Below, piece by piece: positions 1-8,442 of a DNA stretch of 24,000 nt. Below the pieces are notes generated by a model. It saw only the letters and a list, made by a program, of their open reading frames with translations. It had not been told where the DNA came from and searched no databases. The DNA is from Candidatus Heimdallarchaeota archaeon (lineage in GTDB: Archaea > Asgardarchaeota > Heimdallarchaeia > JABLTI01). Location: NCBI GenBank assembly GCA_019058275.1, contig JAHLVW010000045.1, positions 81,664 through 105,663 of the forward strand. Direction: 5' to 3'. The stretch's first letter is position 1; every line of letters starts with the position of its first letter. The translations under genes and the position numbers were made by a program.

Positions 1-2
1 AT

Positions 3-191
3 CTATTCCCATTTGTAGGACTAATATGGGGTATTGTCGAATTTGCACGTAATGCTGTAGAAACACTTAACTTAGGAATTGGAATAAGTGTTGTAGGTGG
101 GTTATTCATTATTGTGGCTATAATTTTCGCTCAAGTATTACTAGGAATGAACTGCAAACTTTTCATGTGGAATGAACGAAGTGACACCTGA
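3..191 (+). CDS. 3' end of a membrane-protein gene (partial; start lies outside the window)
   Basis: Frame 3 is open from the window edge to TGA at 189-191. The translation LFPFVGLIWGIVEFARNAVETLNLGIGISVVGGLFIIVAIIFAQVLLGMNCKLFMWNERSDT contains a long hydrophobic helix-like segment. No family recognised. Confidence 0.4.
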   Translation, partial: LFPFVGLIWGIVEFARNAVETLNLGIGISVVGGLFIIVAIIFAQVLLGMNCKLFMWNERSDT

Positions 192-349
192 AATAGCAGC
201 TAAATTTCTAGAAAAAAATCCAAAAATAAAGGAAGCATGGGAAAAAGCAGGTTGGAAACCACCAATTAATAATGAAGAAAGCTAGTAAATTCTTGATTCA
301 TTAATAAGATTTAAAAAAAGGTAAAGACAGCAATTGAAATACAAAAAAT

Positions 350-426
350 GCCACTGTGGCTCAGCCTGGTAGAGCGACAGACTTGTAATCTGTTGGTCAG
401 GGGTTCAAATCCCCTCAGTGGCTCCA
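350..426 (+). tRNA. tRNA-Thr, anticodon UGU, with genomically encoded CCA
   Basis: Hand-folded cloverleaf: acceptor GCCACTG/CAGTGGC, D arm GCTC-AGCCTGGTA-GAGC, anticodon stem ACAGA/TCTGT with loop CT-TGT-AA, T arm AGGGG-TTCAAAT-CCCCT, discriminator T, then CCA (424-426). A T5 run follows at 432-436. Confidence 0.93.
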
Positions 427-587
427 TTCAGTTTTTGTAACATCTTATAGAGTGTCATAATAAATAAGACCTATATTAATTCTTTTTATTGAGAAAAAAT
501 CAAATCATTTGTAGACTTATTTTGGTAATATAATCAAACAAGCATTTAGATAGATATTTTCAATGATAACAAGGAAGATGATTAAGA

Positions 588-1526
588 ATGAAAAAGATAG
601 GTCTTGGGAAAAGCTCTCTAAAAGTATCACGAATAGGTTTGGGTACACTTGCATTTGGACATAAAACTAAAGGTATTCAAAATAAAGAGGAAATCTATGA
701 TTGTCTAAATTATGCATTTGATAATGGTATTAATCTGATTGATACTGCTGAAGAATATTCTGGAGGATTAACAGAGAAGTATATTGGTGAAGTTGTTAAA
801 GATCGAGGAGATAGAGAAGATTTAGTAATAGTTACTAAAGTTTCCCCTATACACTTAAGTTATAAAAATGTTATAAAAGCAGCCAATAAAAGTTTAGAAC
901 GGTTACAAACTGAATACATTGATTTATTCTTAGTTCATTGGCCATGGCCTTATAGCCCAATTTCTGAAACAATGAAAGCTATGGATCAGCTTTTAGCAGA
1001 GGAAAAAATCAGATATGTTGGGGTTTCTAATTTTCGAAATGTTCTACTTCAAGAAGCAATTGATAATTTACAGAATGGTGAGATAATAGTTAATGAATTA
1101 GAATACAATCTTATTAATCGTATCATTGAGAAAGAAATGCTTCCATATCTGAGAAAACAAGAAATTCCAGTGTTTGCTTATAGTCCATTGTTGAGTGGAT
1201 TTCTTACTGCTAATTATGATGAGAATAGTATTTTTCCAGAAAATGATTTTAGAAATTATGATCCACTTTTTAGAAATAAAGAGAATTTCAGTAAATCTAA
1301 GGAGTTATTTGAATTGATGAGAGCAATTGCTGAAAAGCATGATGTTAGTCCAGCTGAAGTGACTATAAATTGGTTATTAAAAGATAATGATATAATCCCA
1401 ATTCCTGGAGCAAAAAAGAAAAATCATATTGAAAGCAACATCCATGCTACAAAATGGGAATTAACTAAAAGGGAATTAGATAAATTAACAAAAATAACTG
1501 ATGATATTGATTTAAATTGGTTTTAA
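588..1526 (+). CDS. Aldo/keto reductase family oxidoreductase
   Basis: 312-aa ORF with AKR hallmarks: GLGTLAFG near the N-terminus, IDTAEEYSGGLTEKYIG, LFLVHWP, VGVSNF, ELEYNL. ATG start, TAA stop. Confidence 0.88.
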   Translation: MKKIGLGKSSLKVSRIGLGTLAFGHKTKGIQNKEEIYDCLNYAFDNGINLIDTAEEYSGGLTEKYIGEVVKDRGDREDLVIVTKVSPIHLSYKNVIKAANKSLERLQTEYIDLFLVHWPWPYSPISETMKAMDQLLAEEKIRYVGVSNFRNVLLQEAIDNLQNGEIIVNELEYNLINRIIEKEMLPYLRKQEIPVFAYSPLLSGFLTANYDENSIFPENDFRNYDPLFRNKENFSKSKELFELMRAIAEKHDVSPAEVTINWLLKDNDIIPIPGAKKKNHIESNIHATKWELTKRELDKLTKITDDIDLNWF

Positions 1527-1561
1527 ATCTTATAAATTAAAAAAAGAATAGAATTGAGATA

Positions 1562-1834
1562 CTATTCAAGATTTTTATTTTCCTCGAAATTTATTATTTG
1601 TTTTTTATTAGGGAACATTAAATTATGCGTTCGATTATCAGATGAAAATACACTTGTCATTAATTGAATTGTATAGGGTTTATCTTTGCTGTTCTCTGAA
1701 TCCTTAATTTTACTTACTAAGTTATTTGGTATTACTTTTTTGAAATTATCAAATTGAGATAAATAGCTAATGATATTGTATGCTGAGACATAATTAACAT
1801 GACCTGCATGCATTTCAATTGGTGAAAAAATCAT
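1562..1834 (-). CDS. Hypothetical protein (90 aa)
   Basis: ATG at 1834 is preceded by a G-rich SD-like run (AAGGGGGGGA). No recognisable motifs. Lies inside the tRNA-Thr repeat-bounded segment. Confidence 0.45.
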   Translation of the reverse strand: MIFSPIEMHAGHVNYVSAYNIISYLSQFDNFKKVIPNNLVSKIKDSENSKDKPYTIQLMTSVFSSDNRTHNLMFPNKKQIINFEENKNLE

Positions 1835-1873
1835 TCCCCCCCTTAAGTAAGCTTAAAGATATGAATTTTTCAA

Positions 1874-1915
1874 AGCCAATTACCTCATTATTAATTACAT
1901 ATGAAGTAATTGGCT
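1874..1915. repeat. Imperfect 15-bp inverted repeat (hairpin or binding site)
   Basis: AGCCAATTACCTCAT (1874-1888) matches the reverse complement of ATGAAGTAATTGGCT (1901-1915) at 14 of 15 positions. The first 10 bp are perfect and the spacer is 12 nt. Confidence 0.5.
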
Positions 1916-2017
1916 CTGCAATTAATACATAAAATGGTATATTAAAATCATTCCCTTTCATAGAATTCTATTTATTAATTCTCTTCAATAATTTTCTTCT
2001 AAATAGTTGATGAAGTC

Positions 2018-2037
2018 CAAATCCCCTCAGTGGCTCC
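2018..2037 (+). repeat. Orphan copy of the tRNA-Thr 3' end (att-like direct repeat)
   Basis: Exact 20-nt match to 406-425. Similarity to the tRNA stops immediately upstream, so this is not a second tRNA. Confidence 0.85.
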
Positions 2038-2170
2038 GGTTTATCTGATTGACTTTATGAATATATGATATAGTTTTATATATTCTCAAAACTAGAAAGC
2101 TTAAAATAATTTCTTAGCTTAATTATAATTAACTACATTATTTAGTTAAGGGAATAGAAAATTGTTTATC

Positions 2171-2815
2171 ATGAAAAAAAGTACAAAATCAATTATATTA
2201 GTTTTCATTTTTATTAGTCTACCATTTCTAACTATTTACTTTACTGGAATCGAATTAACATTTTCCTATTATAATGATACTAATAGTTCATATGTAGTTA
2301 ATGGTATAGATCCCGCTAATTACCCTCAAGATATTTATGTAGCTTCTAATTTTGCTTTTATTGCATATGGCTATAAAGGCCTTCAAATATATGATATTAC
2401 AGCACCAGAAAAGAGAATATTAATTGGCAACTTTTCTGACGGTGGATGGGCTACTCATGTTTGGATTAAGGATAATTATGCTTTTGTTGCAGATCGAGAT
2501 GATGGATTAGAGATTCTTGATATTACAAACAAATCTAACATTCTAAAAATTGGTTGCTACGATAATTCATTTATTAATAAATTTATTTCAGATTTTTACT
2601 ACCATGATGATAAGGTTTTTCTTGTTGACTATCAAAATGGACTCCAGATAATAAATGTTTCAAATCCTGCTTTACCAGTAAAAATCAGTGAATTATATGT
2701 TAGTTCATATTCATATAGAGTATTCATTCATAATGACTATGCAGTTATCTCTTGTCTTTCAGATGGTTTATGTATAATTAATATATCCAATCCTTTTTCT
2801 ACCAATAACAATTAG
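2171..2815 (+). CDS. LVIVD-repeat surface protein, N-terminal fragment (frame 2), interrupted by a +1 frameshift
   Basis: N-terminal signal anchor MKKSTKSIILVFIFISLPFLTIYF. Repeated units of the type NYAFVADRDDGLEILDITN and GLQIINVSNPALPVKISELY. The frame ends at TAG 2813-2815, in the middle of a repeat unit. Confidence 0.8.
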   Translation: MKKSTKSIILVFIFISLPFLTIYFTGIELTFSYYNDTNSSYVVNGIDPANYPQDIYVASNFAFIAYGYKGLQIYDITAPEKRILIGNFSDGGWATHVWIKDNYAFVADRDDGLEILDITNKSNILKIGCYDNSFINKFISDFYYHDDKVFLVDYQNGLQIINVSNPALPVKISELYVSSYSYRVFIHNDYAVISCLSDGLCIINISNPFSTNNN

Positions 2816-3335
2816 TCAGTACTATAAAAATGGTAAAATATTCTCAGTAAGTGTTACTAATAATTATGCATTTGCTGTAAATTACAATGTTGAGTTAGAA
2901 ATTCTTGATATAGGTAATATTACTCAACCAGAATTACTTACTACTTTTCCAATAGATGGTAGTCCAACAGGAATTTTACTTATTAATAATACAGCATTCT
3001 GTTCAACTGCAATTGCAGGTTTACAGATATTCAGTATAAATAATCCATTATCTCCTCAAGGTTTGAGTCAAATAGCTGAAAATCCTGAATCAATTGTTGT
3101 AAAGAAAAATTACCTATATGTTATACCATCTTATGGTGTTACCATAGGGGATTTTAAGTTTAGAATTTATGATATAACTAATATTGAAAATCCCGAAGAG
3201 ATTATTTGGGAAGGGTTTAACAATAATCCTATAATATGGATTACTTTTGGTGTAATTAGTAGTTTATTATTAGTGGCTTTTGTGTTTATCATTGTAAATA
3301 TAATAATAGAAAAGAAGAATAGAAGGAAACATTGA
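2778..3335 (+). CDS. LVIVD-repeat surface protein, C-terminal fragment (frame 3) with a C-terminal TM anchor
   Basis: Frame 3 is open from 2778 and has no start codon before 3063. It continues the repeats (LPITISQYY..NNYAFAVNYNVELEILDIGNITQPELL..GLQIFSINNPLSP) and ends with a TM helix plus basic tail (IIWITFGVISSLLLVAFVFIIVNIIIEKKNRRKH). Confidence 0.78.
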   Translation, partial: LIYPILFLPITISQYYKNGKIFSVSVTNNYAFAVNYNVELEILDIGNITQPELLTTFPIDGSPTGILLINNTAFCSTAIAGLQIFSINNPLSPQGLSQIAENPESIVVKKNYLYVIPSYGVTIGDFKFRIYDITNIENPEEIIWEGFNNNPIIWITFGVISSLLLVAFVFIIVNIIIEKKNRRKH

Positions 3336-3354
3336 ATTCCTTCTTTTTCTTAAA

Positions 3355-3885
3355 TCAAAGAACTATTAGCTGAAAAATGTATGAAATTGGGAACCAATCA
3401 TATCGTCGCATTTCAAATCCAGAATGTCCCTCTTTAGCACATATAGCCTCATATGCATCTTCACAAACATCATCTAACCAAGATAGAACTCCATAACCAT
3501 TTTCAAGATATGTAAAGAATAAGTGAAACATTCCATGTACACCATCCTTATAATACCAATGCAAATCAACACCAAATTTCCCTTCAGCTTCGACAAAAGA
3601 TTCTGGGTAGAAACCCCATAATTGTAAGTGATTATTATGTTCATTTTTGTATTCAAAATATATACCTAAGTTCCAAGAATAGCATGGTAACGCCCAGAAA
3701 AAGACATAAGTATTATCATTATCAGCATCCTTACAAATTCTTATTGTCCAATCATGACATTCTGACCAATCTATAATATTTATCCATTCATCAAACCAAT
3801 ACGAATAATATGAATTGCCAACTAAAAAGAAATAAGAATAATTATCAAATTATAACAAAATGAAAAACAAAAAGTGATATTGCAT
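3355..3885 (-). pseudogene. Aromatic-rich hypothetical protein gene with an in-frame TAA at codon 12
   Basis: The minus-strand frame reads ATG(3885) MQYHFLFFILL-TAA(3852-3850)-FDNYSYFFLVGNSYYSYWFDEWINIIDWSECHDW...HWYYKDGVHGMF...QLIVL, with the stop codon at 3355-3357. That gives 164 stop-free codons after the TAA, but the first ATG/GTG/TTG in them is the TTG at 3564. Confidence 0.6.
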
Positions 3886-4008
3886 TTAGCAACAATCACC
3901 TTTGTTACATATATCTGGATTTTAATCCTTACTAATCTATAGTCAATCTTATGCTAAATTTCCTTCAATTTTCTAAAGGCTTTCATTTTGCTACTTCAAT
4001 TGCTGGTT

Positions 4009-5430
4009 CTAAGTACTTGTATGTATCTGTAGAGGCTTTTGTTCAGTGTCTTCAATTAAGATTTCAAAAGCTTCTTCTTCTTCTGTGTCTTTTTTATCCT
4101 TTATTCCATTAGCTTTTGCCATCACTTTTTGAATTACTGAATCTAATTGTCGAAGTGGTGTGAATAAGTAGATCAATCCAAAGACTACTGCAGTTAAAAT
4201 TCCAGATGCTATTAGTACAGCATTTATTCCTACAAATTCAGCAATAACTCCTGAGAGGAATTGTCCTAGTGGTCTCATTGCTGGGGAAATAGCCATTATT
4301 GTTGCAATAACTCGTCCAAGTTTTTCTTTTGGTACTAGTACTTGTATACTTGTTATGAAACTTACATCTATGATTGCGAATGGTAATGCATATAGGAATA
4401 GCACAGCTCCAATTGTCCAGAATCTTCCATTGAAATTCGATGGGATGAATGTGAGAGCTATTTGACAGAAAACTTGGAATGTGAGACTAAATAATAAGAA
4501 TATAATGGGTTTATTAGATCCCTTTATTAGGGACATTATGAGTCCTCCAACTACAATAGCTGCTTGAAGCATGCTTACAACTATTGCATAACTAACTTCT
4601 GTTCCACCATGAATTTTGTTTACGAATAAAGGTAGTAACCCCAGTAATGGTGACATGAGGAAATTAATTGCCATTGCTCCAAAAAGAAGCGCTAACATTC
4701 CCTTTGTACCTTTGAGTGCATTGTATCCTTCCATAAATTGGGCTACGAATGATTGTTGAACTTCTTCTGTTACTTGTTTTACAACCGAAGGTATTGTAAT
4801 TATTAGCAATGGAATTAATGCTATAACGAAGGTAATAACATCTGCCCATAATATCATACCAATGTTTATGCCAGGAATTGCTAGTAAAGAAGCTCCGATA
4901 ATTGGACCAATAATGTAAATCAATCCACCAAATAAATAACTAAGACCATTAATTCTGCTAAGATGTTTTTGAGGAACCATAGTGGGTGCTATGGACATTG
5001 AAATGGGTGCATGAAATGCTTGTGCTGTCCCTCTTATTCCTAGTATAACTAAAACTGCAGCAATTGAATTGTGGTTAGTTAAGAAGAGAATGGAGAGAGT
5101 TACAGTAACTACTGCTTGGAATGCATCAGTAATAATCAATAGTTTTTTCCTACTGAAACGATCAGCAAGAACCCCACTAATAGGTGCCACTAAAACATAA
5201 GGTCCTAAACTAACCAACGATGCAATCCCTAACATTAATTCACTTTGAGTTGTAATTGTGAGCCACCAAATTATCGCAAATGATACTATTGAAGAACCAA
5301 GCAACGATGCTTGTTGTCCAGAGAAGAAGTATAAGAAGTGTCTAAATCTTCTTTTTGAATCATCTATTATCTCTGAAACTTCTTTGCTCACATTTTCAGT
5401 TCCAGATAATTGTATATTTGATTCCGCCAT
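4009..5430 (-). CDS. MFS transporter (EntS/macrolide-efflux-like, DHA3-type)
   Basis: About 12 predicted hydrophobic helices. Has the loop 2-3 motif GVLADRFSRKKLLIITD typical of MFS exporters, and an acidic C-terminal tail. The ATG at 5430 is preferred over the TTG at 5433. Confidence 0.85.
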   Translation of the reverse strand: MAESNIQLSGTENVSKEVSEIIDDSKRRFRHFLYFFSGQQASLLGSSIVSFAIIWWLTITTQSELMLGIASLVSLGPYVLVAPISGVLADRFSRKKLLIITDAFQAVVTVTLSILFLTNHNSIAAVLVILGIRGTAQAFHAPISMSIAPTMVPQKHLSRINGLSYLFGGLIYIIGPIIGASLLAIPGINIGMILWADVITFVIALIPLLIITIPSVVKQVTEEVQQSFVAQFMEGYNALKGTKGMLALLFGAMAINFLMSPLLGLLPLFVNKIHGGTEVSYAIVVSMLQAAIVVGGLIMSLIKGSNKPIIFLLFSLTFQVFCQIALTFIPSNFNGRFWTIGAVLFLYALPFAIIDVSFITSIQVLVPKEKLGRVIATIMAISPAMRPLGQFLSGVIAEFVGINAVLIASGILTAVVFGLIYLFTPLRQLDSVIQKVMAKANGIKDKKDTEEEEAFEILIEDTEQKPLQIHTST

Positions 5431-5527
5431 CAATCATCACATCCTTTCTAATTTCCTCTGGAGTTCTGTTCTTCCAGATTTTTTCCAACATTTTTCTTCT
5501 GTTCATCTTTGTTTTTCCTCCAAATTT

Positions 5528-5569
5528 GAAATTATTCCAATATGGAATTATTTCCTATATGAAATTATA
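5528..5569. promoter_or_regulatory. Tandem 16-17 bp repeats with palindromic cores in the divergent MFS/regulator promoter (candidate operator)
   Basis: GAAATTATTCCAATAT (5528-5543), GGAATTATTTCCTATAT (5544-5560) and GAAATTATA (5561-5569). Contains the palindrome-like cores TTCCAATATGGAA and TTTCCTATATGAAA. Confidence 0.4.
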
Positions 5570-5667
5570 TACAAAGTGCTATATAAAGTTTTTCCAAAAT
5601 GAAATTAATTCTATAATAGAAGAATTTTTAAACATAGATTGATATAAATTAATACGAGGAGCCCAAA

Positions 5668-6450
5668 ATGAATCAAAAAGAAACTCAAGATAGTACAATT
5701 AAAAAGAAATATGAGAATATAATTTATGATGAAGTAAGTTTTGGCATAATTACATCTCTCAGATTCAATGAACCTCTAAATCTTAAGAATCTGGCTCAAC
5801 TAATTGGTAGACCAGAAACGACTACAATCCGTTATCTTAAGCAATTGCTTGAGGATAAATTGATTGACATTGATGCAGAAAAAACCGCTTCAAGTTGGGG
5901 GAAATTTTATCACTTATCGGATCCTGTAAAGAAAATTGTAGAACAAAATGAGAGAGAATCTCAACAACAAGAAAATCAAATTTTTTCAGAATTAGCAAAC
6001 TATAAAAACATGAGTGAAGAGAAATTACTCCAGATATTTCTTAGGGAAATCACAAGTAAAGAAATATCGGATGAGGTTAAAATGCGTTTAAAGGGAGAAA
6101 CAAATCTTAGCTATAATATTCAGAAAATGATAATTAATAGTTTTATAAATGCTTCAAACAGATTTAAGAAAGTCCAGGAAGAGAAAGGAGTTGATTATTT
6201 AAAGAAGAATTTCATAATGGATCCTGGTGACATTAATACAACTACAATTTTTGTAAAGTATTCTAAAGTTAAACATGTTTTAGCACTTATCGAGAAGTTC
6301 TTAGAATTTCATAAAGGAATAAAGGAATTGCAAAGTGAATTTAAACAAGAGATGGATAAAGAAGGAATTCCTGATGATGATAGAAAAACCCATTATATTG
6401 GTCTCTTCATGGGTACAACAGATTTTGATTTTAGATTAAAACAGGAATAA
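5668..6450 (+). CDS. wHTH transcriptional regulator (ArsR/MarR-like N-terminal domain plus coiled C-terminal region)
   Basis: HTH-like segment LNLKNLAQLIGRPETTTIRYLKQLLEDKLID. GAGGAG SD lies 6 nt upstream of the ATG. Divergently arranged with the MFS exporter. Confidence 0.65.
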   Translation: MNQKETQDSTIKKKYENIIYDEVSFGIITSLRFNEPLNLKNLAQLIGRPETTTIRYLKQLLEDKLIDIDAEKTASSWGKFYHLSDPVKKIVEQNERESQQQENQIFSELANYKNMSEEKLLQIFLREITSKEISDEVKMRLKGETNLSYNIQKMIINSFINASNRFKKVQEEKGVDYLKKNFIMDPGDINTTTIFVKYSKVKHVLALIEKFLEFHKGIKELQSEFKQEMDKEGIPDDDRKTHYIGLFMGTTDFDFRLKQE

Positions 6451-6519
6451 TTTATAGATTACTTGTTTTACTCATCTCCTTATTTAGTATTAATATGGAT
6501 TTCCTTTTTAAAAATCATA

Positions 6520-7413
6520 TTAGGATTGAGAATCAATCCATTTTCTCAATGATTGAATGTGATTAGGAGATGTCCCACAACAACCACCAACTATTTTTAC
6601 ACCTAGCTTAATAATAGAGGTAATATCGCGCACAAATACTTCAATAGGTTGATTATAGACTGTTTTAAAATCTTGTAAAGTAGGTTTGCCAGCATTAGGC
6701 TTCACTGATAAAGGATAATCCGTTAATTCTATTGCTTCTCTTACTAAATCAATAAATAAAGTTGAACCAGGATCGCAATTAGCACCTATAACATCAACTT
6801 CTTCCTTTTCAAGAAGTTGGATGCATTGTATAAGCGAATTTCCCATTAAAGTATAGAATCCTTTCTTACCTTTGTTTATAATAAAAGAAGCAATGATAGG
6901 TTTAGAAGAGACTTCTTTAATTGCAGATAACGCAGCATGCATTTCTTCAATATCAATAAATCCCATAGCATGCCAAAGATTAACACCTTCCCCATCATCA
7001 CCTTCTAGAATCTCTACTTGTTTAAGGAAACCTTCTCTCCATTTTTCAAAGGTACCAGATCCTAAAGGATCTCGAAACTCACTTGATGGACCAATTTCTC
7101 CAACAATTAGTTTTCCTTTAGGACACACTTCCTTGATATTCTGAAGAGCTAGTTTATTGATTTCCTTTAATTTATCAGCCATTTTATGCTTTCGAAGATT
7201 AAGATAATTTGCATTAAGTGTGATTGTTTGAACCATATCTGCTCCAGCTAAATAAAAGGATTTGAGTACTGATTTAACTGTTTCTGGATTTTGGATGTTT
7301 AATATATCTGGAGGTTTCCCAGATGTGAATCCCTTTTTTATTAATTCGGTTCCACTAGAACCATCACCTAATATTACTCTCGCTGGATCTTTCAACCATT
7401 TTATGAAGGACAT
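6520..7413 (-). CDS. Homocysteine S-methyltransferase-domain protein (Hcy-binding domain, MmuM / MetH N-terminal-like)
   Basis: 297 aa. Zn-ligand cysteines are in the family-typical contexts VIGANCDPG and VGGCCGTSPNHI. Confidence 0.8.
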   Translation of the reverse strand: MSFIKWLKDPARVILGDGSSGTELIKKGFTSGKPPDILNIQNPETVKSVLKSFYLAGADMVQTITLNANYLNLRKHKMADKLKEINKLALQNIKEVCPKGKLIVGEIGPSSEFRDPLGSGTFEKWREGFLKQVEILEGDDGEGVNLWHAMGFIDIEEMHAALSAIKEVSSKPIIASFIINKGKKGFYTLMGNSLIQCIQLLEKEEVDVIGANCDPGSTLFIDLVREAIELTDYPLSVKPNAGKPTLQDFKTVYNQPIEVFVRDITSIIKLGVKIVGGCCGTSPNHIQSLRKWIDSQS

Positions 7414-7580
7414 ATTCTAACATTCCAAGTTTAAAGATTTATTCAATTGATTTTAGGTAGGATATATTATATTTAATCATAATTCATAAAAATATTATGA
7501 GAGAGAATAAGCTATTTCATAAATCTAAAATTCAAGATTTTTCCAATAATTAATATTTATTTACTTGATTTGCTAGTATT

Positions 7581-8411
7581 ATGACGTATGTGGAGATATC
7601 AGAATCAGTAGTATTTGCACAGAATGAGTGGGGATCAAATTCTGTTTGCATTGCTTTAGAGGATGAGTTGATCTTTATTGATACAGGATTAAATACTTCA
7701 GATGCAAGAGCTTTTAGAGAATCTATGGAAGCAAAATACAATCGTAAAGCTAGTACTTTAATCCTTACTCATGGACATATTGATCATTTCTTCGGTATGG
7801 CTGCATATTCAGACCTACAAGTTGTTGCTGCTGAAATAGGAAAAGAAAGATTCAATAGAATAATTAGTGCAGAATATAATACTGAATTTGTTGAGAATAT
7901 GTCTAAATATTTCTTGGGTTTCAAGGAATCTGTTAAAGAAGCAAAGCCTTTCATGCCTACGATTTGGATCGATGAGAAAATAACTATTGGTATGAATAAA
8001 GAGCTGATCTTTGAGATTAAAGGTGGGCATTCAGGTTGTTCATCAGTAATTCATTATGTTCCAGAAAAAGTTGTCATTACCGGTGATCTTCTACAAGTGG
8101 ATGTTTATCCTTACTTTGGTGAACCAGATACAGATTTAGAGAAATGGATAAGTGCACTAAAGACCTGGGAAGGTATGGATATTAAAGCAGTTTTACCTGG
8201 TCATGGTAGACACGTTGAAAAATCCTATCTAACTGGAGTAAGAGTTTTCTTTGAGGAAATGTTAGCTACAGTAAAGCAATTGAAAGCTGATGGAATACAA
8301 ATAGAAGAAGTTGCTTACAATTCGAAAATTCCTGCTGGATATTGGCCAAAAGAAGCTGTTAGAAAACCTGCATATGATTTCAGTATAACTAATCTATACA
8401 GAAAACTCTGA
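7581..8411 (+). CDS. Metallo-beta-lactamase-fold hydrolase
   Basis: HxHxDH motif (LILTHGHIDHFFG), later GGHSGCS and PGHG metal-ligand motifs. 276 aa. Confidence 0.82.
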   Translation: MTYVEISESVVFAQNEWGSNSVCIALEDELIFIDTGLNTSDARAFRESMEAKYNRKASTLILTHGHIDHFFGMAAYSDLQVVAAEIGKERFNRIISAEYNTEFVENMSKYFLGFKESVKEAKPFMPTIWIDEKITIGMNKELIFEIKGGHSGCSSVIHYVPEKVVITGDLLQVDVYPYFGEPDTDLEKWISALKTWEGMDIKAVLPGHGRHVEKSYLTGVRVFFEEMLATVKQLKADGIQIEEVAYNSKIPAGYWPKEAVRKPAYDFSITNLYRKL

Positions 8412-8442
8412 TTACTATTTTTACCTTTTTAATTTATAATTT

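Larger units (their letters stand above)
427..2037. mobile_element. Possible remnant of a tRNA-Thr-integrated element, bounded by a 20-nt direct repeat of the tRNA 3' end
   Basis: CAAATCCCCTCAGTGGCTCC occurs at 406-425 (T arm and acceptor 3' half of tRNA-Thr) and again at 2018-2037. No recombinase gene lies between the copies. Confidence 0.35.

Noticed and set aside
172-285. 37-aa ORF MNEVTPEIAAKFLEKNPKIKEAWEKAGWKPPINNEES whose ATG overlaps the end of the partial membrane-protein gene by 20 nt
   Set aside because: It looks protein-like and the overlap resembles translational coupling. However, 38 codons with no recognisable motif is not enough to call a gene without conservation data.
2007-2017. 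TTGATGA just upstream of the tRNA-Thr fragment as a C box of a C/D-box sRNA
   Set aside because: It does not match the RUGAUGA consensus at the first position. No D box (CUGA) sits at a suitable distance and there are no terminal stem or guide features.
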